From Rhina ancylostomus (taxonomy: Eukaryota): a stretch of DNA of 64,000 bases. How positions within the stretch are numbered: position 1 is the stretch's first letter; each line of letters opens with the position of its first letter. A program made the translations under genes and the position numbers. The notes under the pieces were generated by a model that was not told the origin of the DNA, made no database searches, and saw nothing but the letters and a program-made list of their open reading frames with translations. The stretch spans positions 36,939,321-37,003,320 of the forward strand of contig JARFYF010000053.1 of assembly GCA_030265395.1 (NCBI GenBank), in the 5' to 3' direction. Shown here piece by piece: positions 62,351-64,000 of this stretch.

Positions 62351-64000
62351 AAATATTGTAAGTGATCTGTAATTCCACGCTTTAGGTTCTTCTCTCAACA
62401 CACGGTCCTCGGCATCTTCAACGAACAGTGCTTCCACATTCGATTCCCAGTCGTTTTCGTTTGAAATATTCTTTTCATCATCTTCATGACCCAGATAAAA
62501 CCATCATACATTGTCCATTCCGAACTGCCCTTGAAAAGATCGTGAACATCTGCAGTCAATCTGAAGAAGATACTTCATCAGTTCTGTTGTGCAAGGAGTT
62601 CGCCGAACTAGACTCACAATCGTGAAAGACCAGTAATATATTTCCCGACGGTAATGTGGTCCGCAGTTTGGAGGAGTAAATGCAGGTATTAGTGCTGTGT
62701 GCCCCTGTTGCCCTTGCTCTTGCTCCTCTTTGTGGTGGAGCTCATCCCACTGGGGCGGGCTTTTGAACAAGCCTGGGCAAGTAACTGAAAGCATTTTGTA
62801 TTTGGTGTACACTGCGCCCACTTTACGCAGGTAACGTGGTTGACGGGTTGAAAATCAAACGAATTCCTTTGTTCTGGATGGTGCCGACCATTTTGATAAT
62901 TGTTGCGATTAGCGTATTAAGGGAAGTATTCAATCGTATTTATAATTTGTGAATAATCAATTGGGAAACAGCCGTAACGAAGTCTGGAAGTCAGTCACAT
63001 GCGGCGGAATACAAAGTCCCAGAATTTCTCTTGCAGAAGCAAAATGTATGTGTTCTGTGTAGTGGAGTGCATGTTAATGATAACACGTGGGATATTGACG
63101 TTGCGGGGCTTGGCGATGTTAATGCAATTGAATGTACATAGTCGGACGTTAAACTCTGTCTGATAATTGCCGTCGTCCATTTCATGACATCAAATGGAGT
63201 AAACGGAATTGGGTGTGATGAGGGCTTCTCGGGAGAGGAGGAGAGGCGGAGAGGGAGCTGACATGATTCATAAAATCAGCACTTCTGGGAACTTTCGTTT
63301 CATTCGAGCACTCACAAATTGGATCCCACCATCCATAATCTTGTGCATATTCCTGGACACTCTTCCTCTCTTTAATTGTTTACTTACTCACTATTATTAA
63401 TTACTACACATCCCAGTACTGAAGAACTTTGTTCTGATCACTGAATTGTGGAATTCCTATTAGCAGTCTTTCAACGCTACCCTTTCCTCCTTTTTGGTGT
63501 TCTTTGCTGATCTTACGTGCACATTCTATTCTAACCCCACTATTCACAATTCCCTGAAATGTTGCGCTTAAATTTTAGATTTCTCCCCTAAAATGTTCTA
63601 CCATTCTCGGACTCAACCTACTCAATTTACTTCCAGTGAACCACATATAACCAGTCTGTCCATTTTCTCCCTCAATGCCTTGCATTGTCACTGATCCTCA
63701 TTAATTTCAGCGACCTGTATCCTTGGCGTCCTCTACTCTATTATTCTAATTCGTTGTTCTCCTCTCATTCAGTTTTCTCTGTCATTGGCCCAATGTCCTC
63801 GCCATCATAATTTGATGCATTCTCATTTTACGTGCGTTACGAGTGAGAAGCTCATACAATCTTCTTCGCCTGCACTGATCATATGTATTCCACGTCCCGC
63901 TTCAATTTTGTTTTCTGTGGATTTCGTCTACACTATGGTAGATGCAAGCTACATTATTCTTTTTACCGTGCCTCCAGATCACGTCCTCTGCCATGTTCTA

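Noticed and set aside
1-64000. CRISPR arrays, operons or prokaryotic defence systems
   Set aside because: The sequence is eukaryotic (spliced genes, LINEs, ERVs) and no repeat-spacer array was seen.

Overview
Repeat-rich vertebrate genomic DNA, most likely a cartilaginous fish and probably a ray or relative (inferred from the CR1-type LINEs, V-SINE and receptor family). It contains several N gaps. The host content is a small cluster of two-exon class A GPCR genes of the GPR139/GPR142-like type: two intact genes (minus strand 25910-25772 + 22106-21205, 346 aa; plus strand 48704-48770 + 54004-54914, 325 aa), two pseudogene remnants (~8.3 kb, ~39.5 kb) and one orphan first exon (34898-34832). 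Between them lie a decayed class I (epsilon-like) endogenous retrovirus whose pol carries a 2H-phosphoesterase-like insert between protease and RT, two ERV-L-like (class III) remnants, a Gmr1-like Gypsy element (PR-IN-RT-RH order), two solo LTRs with 4-bp TSDs, many CR1 fragments, Rex1 and L1 fragments, and SINEs. There are also two coding-like relics I could not identify. All calls come from reading and translating by eye, without database searches. Boundaries of degenerate repeats are approximate.
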